DNA from: Blasia pusilla
Taxonomy: Eukaryota
Reading direction: 5' to 3'
NCBI GenBank assembly: GCA_050084515.1
Contig: CM114271.1
Span: forward strand, 38,502,001 to 38,566,000
DNA length: 64,000 nucleotides
Shown here piece by piece: positions 52,822 through 64,000 of the stretch. The position numbers were made by a program, and so were the translations under genes. A model generated the notes under the pieces. The model did not search any database and was not told where the DNA came from. It was given only the letters and a program-made list of their open reading frames with translations. Positions within the stretch are counted from its first letter, which is position 1. Every line of letters starts with the position of its first letter.

Positions 52822-53979
52822 CAGTAGCTCTGATTGATTTGCTGAACACAAGAGAAATTGCATGTTTGCTTGAGCGCGGAATTGACCTGTTTCCCGCTGA
52901 ATGCATGCAGTGGGAGGATGGTGCGATTGGAGCTGTTATAGGCCGGATTGTTGATCGCATCCGACGTGCGTCGTGGCTGTGGCTTCTTCGGGTGAGTGGC
53001 GTAGGCATGTGAAATTCCTACTGTTCCAGAGATGGTTCATTTGTGAGGAGATTGGATCAGAAATCTCCTGTTTTGCGCTGGATCGTGGATTAGGTCGGTA
53101 GGGTTCGTACTTGAGGTTCATGTCATGTTGACATTGAAAGGGTTTTTGTAATTGGCCTAAAACTTGTCAAGGAGGATCGGATGAATGATTTTCCTCCCAT
53201 CGAGCGGAGGGATATCTCCTCTTCTCTGCGATGGAGTTTGATTCTACGAAAATTTCCGATTTGGTCTACTTTTTTTGCCAGAGATTCAGGAGTGATTGGG
53301 AGTCTGTCTCGATGGGGAGCCACTGGAATGTGAAGGAACGGAAGTGGATGCCTTGAAGCATGCACCTTACAATTAATTTACACATACTTGGACCCGCGAT
53401 TTCCCCCAGATCGGAGCCGTTGAAAGCGTCTTGTCTCCTATTTCTTGGATTTTCATGTTCGCCAGAGGAGTTGCATTTCTTGTTTTTCCCTGAATGTTCG
53501 GTCGATAGTTGGCTTGACGACAGTGATTGAAAAAACACTCTTGTAAAACCTGAAAATGTACAGGGTAAGACTGATTTGTGGACTTATGCATGAGATTAAT
53601 GACAATGCATAAGGAAGCCATTCGCCTGTTTGAGGGGCACTCTGATCAGAAACAGAAACGTTTACCTGCGGATCTCCGCCCTGCAATGAATTCAGCAGTT
53701 CTTACGCCTTTTTCACTCGGCAGCTCTTACGGCTTTACGGTGGTCCTGTGCTTGGAATGTGGTCCGAGTTCACCGATTGATATTACAGTCATCGTGACTA
53801 CATTGATAACCTTCCCCCCTGCTTCTCTGGGTCGAGAGTCAGTAAATCCAAGTGCAGTTTTTTGCGTGCCAGTATATCATTTTGTTGCCTGTGCCCCAAT
53901 TTTTGGGTTTGACGATTTCGTTCGATGCAGGTTTAATCCTCCTGAATCTAAAGCTGAAAGCGATGCACACTCATGCAGG
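52822..53979 (+). repeat. Inverted copy of the kish 5'-UTR intron
   Basis: Reverse complement of 28588-27405 with scattered substitutions and a ~30-bp deletion. It ends at the intron's CATGCAG|G acceptor. Confidence 0.92.
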
Positions 53980-55655
53980 CAGAATAGGAAGCGAAGGTTC
54001 ATGTTATGCAACCGCTAGAAAGAAGATTTTATGGATCTCCTTTGGGATCTATCAAAATCCCGTCTCATTGAGAGGAAGCGGGTGCCTATTGTCCGAGAAG
54101 AGTTTATTCAGTCGGGAACGAGTCCTCAACAAAAAGCAGGTGATGGAAAACACATCCGAAATAAAAAAAGGGTGATGGAAAACCCATGAAAACACAACCG
54201 GATGGGATCTACTCGATTCCCCACTTGAGATGAAGCGTGAGCTGGCGTCTGAAAAGACTAGATATTCCGAAGTGCTTGGGATCTACCTGAACCCCTTCTT
54301 CTTGAGAGGAAGCGTGGGAAGCGGGGGTTCGTGTCTGAAGGTATTCAAGCTTCTTTTCGTAGGTGCTGTAGAGAGGTTTGGCCCCTTTGTCATTAACGAA
54401 GACCCTTCTTTATAGCAGGTGGGTGCGCAGGAACGAGTGCTCGGAAACTCGAACGAGAGGGGTCACTTTGTAGATGCAGTGCGATGCCGCCAGCAGAAAC
54501 TGCAGAGGCACGATCGATGTGTTCGTCAGGACCAGTTTGGAAACTGTCTGTGTGTGTGTGTGTGTCACAAACTAGCAAAGAGAGGATGTTTAGGCCTCTC
54601 TGCATCCCTTACTTTCCCCACTACTTGCTTTAGATGGGGATGCAGCACAAGTTCTGGTTCATAAAACAAGCTTCCCTTCATCATTTGGGATTCACAGGCT
54701 TTACTCGACTACGACACCCCGAAACTCATATCAGCTGTTGTCAACGAAAATTCGAAGATCAAGTTATTTTTTATTTTTTGATAAAATATTTGGGAAGAAA
54801 TACATAATCTTATTAACTTTTATGTAACAGATTAAAAAAATTTCTTTATAGCAAAAATTATTATTAAATAAACTCACACACTCCCACAATATTTGTAACT
54901 TATAATATGGCAACGATGACTGAAGTCAGACGCGCTAAGTTAGAAAATACATCAAAGGAATTAAGTGGCATCGATGGTACAGTTTGTTCTTATGAGGCCT
55001 CTAGGAAGTTGCGAAGATGGTAGTAAAAAGAATGGAAGAAAATGTTTAGAGGACGATGTGCCATCTGAATCTCATGGAGAAGCAAGAACAGCAGGTTGAT
55101 TGATGGGGTATTAGCAAGGTTGATGAGATCGCATATCCTCAAGACATCGATAGTTTGAAGGCGAAATTCAATTGTGGTGTTTGAAGGGCATAATGCCAAT
55201 CGCAGCCGCCAAAAAGTCATCCAAATGTTCTCCAAGTGCCAGCCATTTCTAACGTCATACAACATGGATGGTTGGGGGTAAATAACCATTCATTTCTATT
55301 ACTTCTAAACCTGCAAAACTTTTTTTAGTGGGCTTCACCCTTCTTATTAGATTCTCTTAGTCCCCCTCTATCTTCTTTGATGGATTTCTTCACATCCATT
55401 TTGTATGCATGGGGTCATTTCCTCTTACATACTCTGGTCCTAATGAACTTTCCTATTTTAAAACTCCATTAAGCATATTTAATATACGATCCTACTTCAT
55501 CAATGACGAGACGAACTAGTGAATAACTATGTTGCATAAACTCCTACCAGCTATTGGCTAATCGGAGACATCGACGTATTGTTCACAGCACTACATACGA
55601 TGAACTCTGAAAGTTTGGAATCGTCTGTTGATATTGAGATTAAAACCTTTAGAAA
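53978..55655 (-). pseudogene. Partial direct duplicate of the gene X 3' end with an internal ~3-kb deletion
   Basis: 53978-55284 matches 44229-45504 (with indels and an AT-rich insert at ~54760-54905). 55293-55655 matches 48530-48883. Confidence 0.9.
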
Positions 55656-55659
55656 CAAG

Positions 55660-56520
55660 TATGTGGCCCCCAATTTGGAACAGTAAGCCCAAGGAGATCG
55701 ATGTTACACAGTAAATAACACGCTGACAAGAACGAATATGTGGCAGGGTATAATGTTGAGCGAGTTGGTGGTCGGATGAGATAAACCAGGAATGTTTCAT
55801 TACGCGGTTGGATGTGAATGTGAATGTTGTCGATAAACTATTTACGAAGTTTAAACCAGTTTTATTTGAATATCATGCTTATTGGAATATTAAGCGGAAT
55901 GGATACGTAAATGCATTCAAGTATGTCTTGCTCAATATATATCGGAATGTTTAAGCACGTTGATAGAGAAGTCGTTGTATTAGTGTTTTCAATTATTTGA
56001 GATGATTATAAATAAAGTTTTTGTCTTGCAATGACGTAAGGAGAAAAATGGCTAGTGATTTCGCTGGTGGGGAGCTATGAATTTATTAAGTAGAGGTCCC
56101 TTAAATTATAGGGCACAATTGATCGAAATTTTGACATGAGATGCGCAGAACAAATGCATTTACTATTGTAGCCGCAACTCTGAAGTAGTTTTCCAGAGGA
56201 TGATTAACACGATAGATAAGAAATAATAATGAGAGTCAAGGGTAGCTACTTATTTTGGGTTACTGAAGTTGTGGTTAAATAAGACGCTTGTAGACAAAGG
56301 GCACGACAACTCACATGAAAAGGCGCAAAAGTATGTGAATTTTGCAACATGCTATTTGAGTGACATAAGAATCAGGTATGAAAGGTATATGAAAGTAAGG
56401 GTGTGAACTGCTATATCATTTATCAACGAGAAAAGAAGTAATGCATTATGGACAAAGAAGTGGCCACACAGTGTGGTTGGGTATTTACGTAGGTGCTAAT
56501 CGTATATGGAGATAAATAGG
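55660..56520 (-). mobile_element. Possible highly decayed PIF1-type (Helitron) helicase relic
   Basis: Scattered frameshifted words in helicase order (DQL, SLRH, RVI..NIDL) next to Helitron termini. Weak. Confidence 0.25.
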
Positions 56521-57357
56521 GAAAATAGAAATAGGGTGTTTAGGAAGTAGATTGCAATATGCTTGCTAAACAACTGAAATAACTGGTGGGATGTTTGAAA
56601 TATATTAGGAGGGCCTGACTTTAGATAAGCGGGGAAGTAGAGGTTGGAAAAAGGATATTTATAAGGAAAGAGAAAAAAAATTTGGGAATGTGAATAGTGG
56701 AAGTATGAATTATCAGTTCCGTGGGTTCATGTAAATATTTTTAGGCTAGGTGGTCTAATTTTTTGAGTGTATAGTAGGTGGATGTTTTTATTTGTATTGT
56801 GAATATTGTGAAGTGTACATTGCGGTTGGATATGAATAAATTTGGGTAATGTATTGCACATAAGTGATGAATAATGAAGGGTGAAGAACATGAATGTTTG
56901 CACTGAATTGTAGTCGGAAGAAAAGAAAGTGAACAAGAGAACATGCAGGTAGAAAAATGATTGAAGTGTAGGTTGTGTATATTGAATTGGAAGCATTTAA
57001 AAAATACATAAGTGGACAATAGCAAATATGTTGGGAAGTTAATAGTGTTGTAAAAATGATGGTGTGAATGTGAGTATTAGTAGAGTATAACTAAATTTAT
57101 TAGCTGTAACTGACATAATAAAAAATTAAAGATAAAAATGTATCACTTATTGATGACAGGTATGGTGGGAACTTATGGGTAAGAAAAGATAATCACTATA
57201 TGAAAAAAAAAATCTCCTTATTTTTTGTTGTTTGTGTATGGAACATATGATGTAAACGCAATAGCAAAACCATAAATATAAAGTTTAAATAAAAATATGA
57301 TGATCGTAAAATAGTTTTTTATAAAGTGATGCTCTACTTCAAAATATTCTCTTACAA

Positions 57358-57554
57358 TCTATATTATTATTGGAGAGTGCCCTTTCATTTTTCAAACATC
57401 TCTTCTTTTGATATTTGGCACTTCCAACTAATAAGATCGTTCACTTTCTGAACCCATAGGATCACTCATAATCAATTTAAAATGGGATTTGAGAACTTTG
57501 AGTGTTAATTATGGGAGGTAATTTAAACCTGTATATTGCTCGGGCTTACACTAG
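57358..57554 (+). mobile_element. Non-autonomous Helitron, about 200 bp
   Basis: A|TCTATATTATTATTGGAGAGTGCC...CTAG|T, the same 5' end as 29075-29396. Confidence 0.7.
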
Positions 57555-57628
57555 TCACATTGTAAAATTTATTATAGATATATTTTCCTCACAAATGAAT
57601 GCTTGTGGATGCTTGATAACTTGTCAAA

Positions 57629-58600
57629 CTAGTAAGGTACCCATGCGATGCACGGAAAATAAAAAAGTATTTGAAGAGTTTTTGTTAGTGAAGAGATTGA
57701 TGATGTTGCACACAAATTAAAAAAATTCTTGTCCAATTATCACATGTCAATAGGGCCTTAAAATTAAGAGTTTTCAAAAAATATGTTTTATTTATTTATT
57801 TATTTATTTTAAATATAAATTCATTTTTTATATTAAAAGAGTAAGAAAATTTCACCTTTAAATAACACCCATCTCCACTGAATAATTTCACTCCTCCGTA
57901 AAAGCTCAAACGATAACTATTCTTCCCCTTCCATTCTTCCCACCAAAATAACATTCGCTAATCAAAATCTTAGCAATTTTAATTAACGGAAAAAATTTTC
58001 CTTTTCCATTTAAATTCATTTTCCTTTCCCAAAATATCACATACGAATTAATAAGATTATTTTTTAAAATTTTCATGTTATTTAATTCAAATTTTGAAGA
58101 TGATTTCTATTTTCTAAAATCTTAGAAGAGTAATAACATTTCACTGTTCTTAGTAATTACAATTCTCCATTCAAATTTAAATGCTATCCCAATACACTAA
58201 GTAATTTTATTTTTCCATAAAATTTTAAAAAAATCTACTCCTCCATTATATTTTTATTTCCTTTTTTCATCAAATATAAATTGAGGTAAAATTGCTAAAA
58301 TTTTAGTTATTTATCATATTTTTATTAATATTTATAATCACCCATTATAATTTTAAATTAATTATTACTTGATTAAAATATATTCCACTGAAATCCCTAT
58401 TTGTTTCTTTTGTTCTATTTCTATCCATCTAATAGGGCTCGAGCAAAAAAATTCAAAGATGTTGCATATTTTGTCTTATTGCCCCACTATCTTGTCGTAT
58501 TATGCATATGTGGTCGCCCATTATTATATAGGTATGCATGCAATCTCCCTATTTCGCATCATAATAATTGGTATAGTCTTTAGCATAGTTTAATTGTTAA
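57629..58600 (-). mobile_element. Helitron 3' terminus and AT-rich body; 5' end not located
   Basis: The minus strand ends CCGTGC-ATC-GCATGG (hairpin), then GTACCTTA, then CTAG|T. The body (57830-58560) is a diverged relative of the AT-rich sequence at 50270-51050. Confidence 0.7.
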
Positions 58601-59462
58601 GGTATAATGAGATCCCAAAGGAGGATATTAGTGTTTTTTTATAAATAATAATTATTTAGATAATATTATATCATGTAGAAATTTTAACTTTGTATAAAAT
58701 ATTTTGGAATGATTTCTCCGAGACTCCCAGAAGACATATGGAAGAACACACATCAGAGTGAATCCAACTTTGAGACGATTAGAGGACAGGTTTTAGAATC
58801 GATGTTTCCATCTCTCGTTGATTTTTTCCCAAAATGGAGGGAAAAAAGCACTCCTTGACCAAAGGCAAGAGGATATGTATTACCATTCCTTAAAAATCTT
58901 ACTTCTATCCAAACAACATAAGAAGGAGATGTAATACGTACCATTCCAGTTCATTCTTGTACATGTGCACACAAGCACGAGATAAGAGATGCCCCACTAC
59001 TCCACCCCAATCTTATGTCTCCTCCACAATGTTACTCTTGTTCTATAGGGGCACAATAAAAAAATTGTTTTCCCACTCCTCCTCAATGTCAACGATATTT
59101 TTATCAACATAATATCACTCCTCCACAATCCTACCCACATCCATATCAAACAACCTCCCCTACTTCCAAAAACCACTATCCTTCTAACTCTCCATCCTAC
59201 TCATCCATCGTCTTCTATGTGGGACCAAAAAATGATTATTTCTTATTATGCAACTTTATGCTCCCCACTCTTGAAGTGAATTCATTCATTTTCTTGCCCA
59301 ATCTTCCTTGGATAGTTATCCTCTCTCTTATTCCCTCTTTTCCATTCTCAAAATTTCAATAATTATATTATGAAAAGAAAACATTTCTTGAGCGATAACT
59401 AAAGGAGGAAATCCATTTTATAAATAAAATAAATTTCAAAAGAAGATGAAAAAAGAAAAACA

Positions 59463-59500
59463 TCTATACTATTAACCGAGCATGGGGAGGTTACTAAATG
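59463..59500 (+). mobile_element. Candidate Helitron 5' terminus
   Basis: A|TCTATACTATTAA start. No convincing hairpin-CTAG 3' end was found in the window. Confidence 0.35.
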
Positions 59501-60840
59501 GGGAAATGAAAAGAAATAGGGAAGCTAAAAGAAGTGAAGCTTACGAACTCTTTTTTACCGAATTATTTGTATAGCACTTTGATCTCTAATCTTTGTCTCA
59601 ACTTATTTTGTTTTGCAATCTCTTATTTTTTCTCAATCCGATCTCGGCGTATTTTGTGCTTCGTGCCCTCATTTCATCAGTCGGAGAAATATGTCAACGA
59701 ACTATTGGGGGCCGTGCGCGGACACATGTTATGAATAGGTGCACCTATTACGTTTAAACACCTGCAGAAGTTCGACGGACATTCAAGGCTTTGGACTATA
59801 GATAAATATTTTTTACTCTCCCTCTCTTTTCTACTTTCGAGAAGAAATTTGGAGAAGGAAGAGACAGGCCATCTACTATTAGCGGGGGAGGAAGATCCGA
59901 GCATCGACTACGTTCCTAATCTGCAGCTGCGTCGAATTTTGAATGTGTAGTTTCAAATCTACAGCCCATAGCCGCGTCGAATTTTGACTTTGCAGCTTCA
60001 AATCTGTAGAGCTAGCCGGCATTGAAGTCATGGTAAGAAGGCCTCTCTTTCTTAATGAGTACTCTGTCTCTCTCAATCACTATCTCTCTCGATCAATAAA
60101 AAAAATTGACTCGAGGAGAAGGCCAATCTTGTCACGCCATTCGCCGGAACTCTCTCATAATGTGTTGCTAAGATTGAAGCCCACTCTCTAGTCTGTGTCA
60201 CAATTCTCGCTCGTAATCCCGACCTCATCGCAAGGTTCACATGAGCATCGATTTGACATCGTTCCGCACTAGATGTCCTTAATTTTATGCCGATGTGAAC
60301 TCTCTTTAATGAGGAATATAGGGCCCGAAAGCGGACACCATTGGAGCAGCGCATCACAAATAAGAAAGCGAGTGAGTTAGCGATGGATTTATTGATTCAC
60401 TGACGGACGTAGGGGTAGAGAGAACCAATTGAAAAGAGGGGAGTGTAATGGCGAGGACTGATTTTTTCTAGTGCGGGTCTCAAGGGATCCATTAGATTTT
60501 GATCTCAATGTTAGCTCCACAAGAAGAGCCTAACCCGACCCATGGAAACCAGACCTATTTTTCTGGAAATGGCGTCGCCTTAAGATGAAAGAGAGAGGGG
60601 GTCGAGTGCTCTTGCGGTCGAGATAGAAGAGTTGGAGATCAAAGATTTGCACTGAAGAGTGATGAATTAATAAATCTCAACTTCCAATTCCTTAAGGATG
60701 AATGCGTGATCATAAGCTAGATCATAGGTAAGTGATCATCTGCTTCTTTCTAGCCATAAGTAGCGAAGGAGCTCAATTTGGTACATAAGTTATCATGATC
60801 ACCTCCCTCGAATGTGGTATTTTCACAATTAAGTGAGGAT

Positions 60841-61036
<196 letters not shown>

Positions 61037-63332
61037 GAATCCAGATAGCGCGCGGCGATCACTCGCTATCGATAAGAAATGATTTTTTGATCGCATCAAG
61101 CTCTTGCTAATATTGAAGCCAGGGGTCTGCATTAAAGCCTCGATTAGAGTCCGGATTAAATCTCCCTGTGCACTATTGGGAGATTTCATCTCATCTTGTG
61201 CCTTAACATAGAAGATTGTGCTAATTGTGCTTATTGAGCCAATGTGAATCCAAGCGCTTCATCAAGAGCGTCATTCTTGCACATTAGATAATTTGATCCG
61301 GCGGACTATGCGACATTTTCCACACTACAATCTCATAAATGTAAAATCAAATGCGGGCAATGCTCAATTTGAGGAAGTGGCCGTGAAGAATGAATATGCG
61401 TGTTGAGGCCAGTAATCCATCAACGCATCCTGGAATAGTGGGAGTGGATCTCAAGCGCGTCACAGAAGCCAATTTACAAAAAGAAGGGAACGAATTGCTG
61501 AAAAATATGTGTTCAGATGTCTGCACAAACCTCCGATCCAAATTGTGCAATGGGGCTTAAACCAAAAAATAGGCTCACGAGCCAAAGACATGTGAGCTGG
61601 TGCGAAGATGATTGGGATCACCTATTCAGCTGCAAGGACAATCAAAATTGTGATTCTTCAAGACAAAGGAACATTTACCACGAAATCGGCCCAACAGATG
61701 ATGTGTGCTACTGATTCCCAGAAGTTGTCCTTACGGCTATCCTATGTGAAACAGAAATAGAGCTCAAGAGTTGTGATGTCTGCTTGGATAATGCAGCACA
61801 ACACCGCCCGCTCGTTGTTGTTGCTGCAAGCGCCATAGCTCGAGCCGATAAAAATTCATAGGAAAGAAAGAGACGAGTAACCATAAACTCATTGCAATAT
61901 TTAATTAATTAATGATAAAATAGAGCATCCTAGAGACTGCCTCGGAAGTCTATTGTATCAGCCAAGAACATGGCGAAGAAGTTCGATCCACTCACTCATT
62001 GGGGGCAAGAGAAACAGTGGTTCCCAAGAACTTGAAATCGTATCTGGTGTTGGGGATAATCCCTAAAAAGGATCCATCATACAAAATATTACTCTTGGGA
62101 CTCCTATGGTTACACCCGTCCTATTTAGATAGAGAAAACTTCTATGTAAGTCTATTTATGGGTTTCGAAGACGAGGAAAACCCGAGAATGATGTGTAGAG
62201 AGCCATGGTCATTTATAAACTCTAGGATAGGGATAAGGTCATTTACAATTATTGAAAAATACTTCATATTTTAAAGAACCTTCCTTACGTGGAACAACAA
62301 AAGAAAAAGGCTCACACAACTCCACTTTAGTATTTTAAGGAAAACCTCCTCCCTCTAAGATCATAACCCACTAAAATAGGTTGCTTAAGCATCGAAGTCA
62401 CTTTGACTAAGAAAAAACAATTTACATTTTCTTAGGGCTTAGGAACTTTTTTATTGCCGAAGAGCTTTTGCACTAATAAGCAAAACATATTTCAGTTAAT
62501 TTTTTGGCATATCTACAAAGTACTTTCCATGTCAATACAAATGTAATATAAATAAAAAGTATTTGGGATAGAGAAATGAGGATGACCACATCCATTTCCC
62601 TTTTGTTTTCGACGTTGCCACTTCATTTTATTCCACCAATACTATTGAGGAAATTCCAAATATAGATATTCTTTCGTAGATGGATCATAATGATTTGTTG
62701 CAAACCATTGAGTGAGAGTGGTCTCCCAATTTCTTTGCAAAATTTCTTATATTGATTCACCATCATTAAAATACACCATCTGTCCCTATGAAAGATGAAC
62801 CACTAATCTGACAATATTTGGTTGTTTCGAATGCAAAAAAAACTTGAAAAATTGCCAACATGCTTCATATGCAGAAATATATCTATATAACATGAAAATA
62901 TATATATAATTAGCTCATGAGTCTTACTCTTTAAATCACTCAAATTTTTTTGGAAAAAATATGATAATATATATTCTTACAACAAAATATTATATTGTTT
63001 CATAATAACTTGCAGGGTTTTTGAACTACTTGAGAGTCTTAAATGATGTACAATGGGTTCCATTCAACATATGGGACAAAGAAACACAATTAATGTAACA
63101 GTAGGAATTGCTCGTCCCACAATTCCCACATAATGTGATATAAAAGAAAAATTCAATGAAATTCTTCTCATTAATATTTTGTAACCATGTGGAGTACTAG
63201 TAAGTTATAATTGCGTAATAAATCTTCCACATAAATAATCCAAAATATAAGATTATAATATGATATTTTTATCACATACATAATAGACTATTATATTTTA
63301 ATTTAAATCATGGTAATAATACGCATAGAAGT

Positions 63333-63864
63333 GGGTTCACGGCATTCGAAAATCGTAACTTTTAGTCGAGCGAGTCCGTTACTATCGGGAACTCTTGGCC
63401 GTGAACTCGGGATTTACCTTCCCGGGTACAGAATTGACTTGATGTTATCCGGGCAGGGGACCTGGCTTCGGATGGATGGAACTTCTAGAAAAGGCCGTCC
63501 GCATGTTCCGGGAAAGTTCGTCCGGATACCTGCCCGGTCGTTTACTGCAGACCGGATTGCGGCGCGTTTCAAAGGACGTGAAGCATTCCCCTCTGCCACA
63601 GACAAGTCCCCCACTGTGCGAGCGTGTCAAACCTGAAATAGTCCACGTGGTACTGTAACCCGGGTCGAATGAGACGGCTGCATGAGTGGTACATACGGAC
63701 GGGAAAACGACAGTAAATAAAGTTTGACGGTGGGGTGAAACCCTCACCCGTTCTGATAATGTAGTAAAGAAAACAAATCTCTTAAAAAATGGTTTAGGAC
63801 AGATGAAAAGAAAGAAAATAACTGAATTCAAAACGCTCGCGATTTCTACAAATACCATTGACCC
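63333..63864. mobile_element. Possible MITE with imperfect terminal inverted repeats
   Basis: gggttcacggcattcgaaaatcg resembles the reverse complement of the right end, gggtcaatggtatttgtagaaatcg. It is a GC-richer island in AT-rich flanks. No TSD seen. Confidence 0.3.
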
Positions 63865-64000
63865 GTTTAAACATAATGGAAATAAGTTAATGTCACCTAT
63901 GTCCTAAATCATATTCATAAATATGACTACTTGGAAAATGAGTTTTAAGTGGTGATGTTTCTTGTTATTTGAGTGCGATTAAAAAATCCTCAGATTTGGA

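Noticed and set aside
58753-58944. Short ORF with YPLAFGQG, resembling a PIF1 helicase C-terminal motif
   Set aside because: The match is too weak and lacks the expected T.hKsQG core.

Overview
Repeat-rich nuclear DNA from a land plant. The species cannot be read from the sequence; gene and TE style suggest a bryophyte, possibly a liverwort. I can support four host genes: a Nup160 whose CDS has no intron (minus, 13088-17692), a six-exon proteasome assembly chaperone PAC1/PSMG1 placed head-to-head with it (plus, 19392-24564), a four-coding-exon protein kish (minus, 25979-27266), and a long multi-exon uncharacterised gene with a Par3/HAL-N-terminal-like domain (minus, about 44588-52697, called gene X here). 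The rest is nested TE debris: Ty3/Gypsy, LINEs, a hAT transposase split by a solo LTR, a hAT-type MITE, Helitron ends, a ~180-bp tandem array and microsatellites. Three observations stand out. (1) The decayed Gypsy pol carries a DNMT3-like cytosine-5 methyltransferase domain between protease and RT, in frame with each, with its catalytic core deleted. (2) An unrelated N6A/N4C (beta-class) methyltransferase-like relic sits inside the 180-bp array, with its two halves on opposite strands. (3) Reciprocal inverted duplications link kish and gene X, suggesting an ancestral head-to-head pair separated by a rearrangement. All calls come from reading motifs by eye; no database searches were run.
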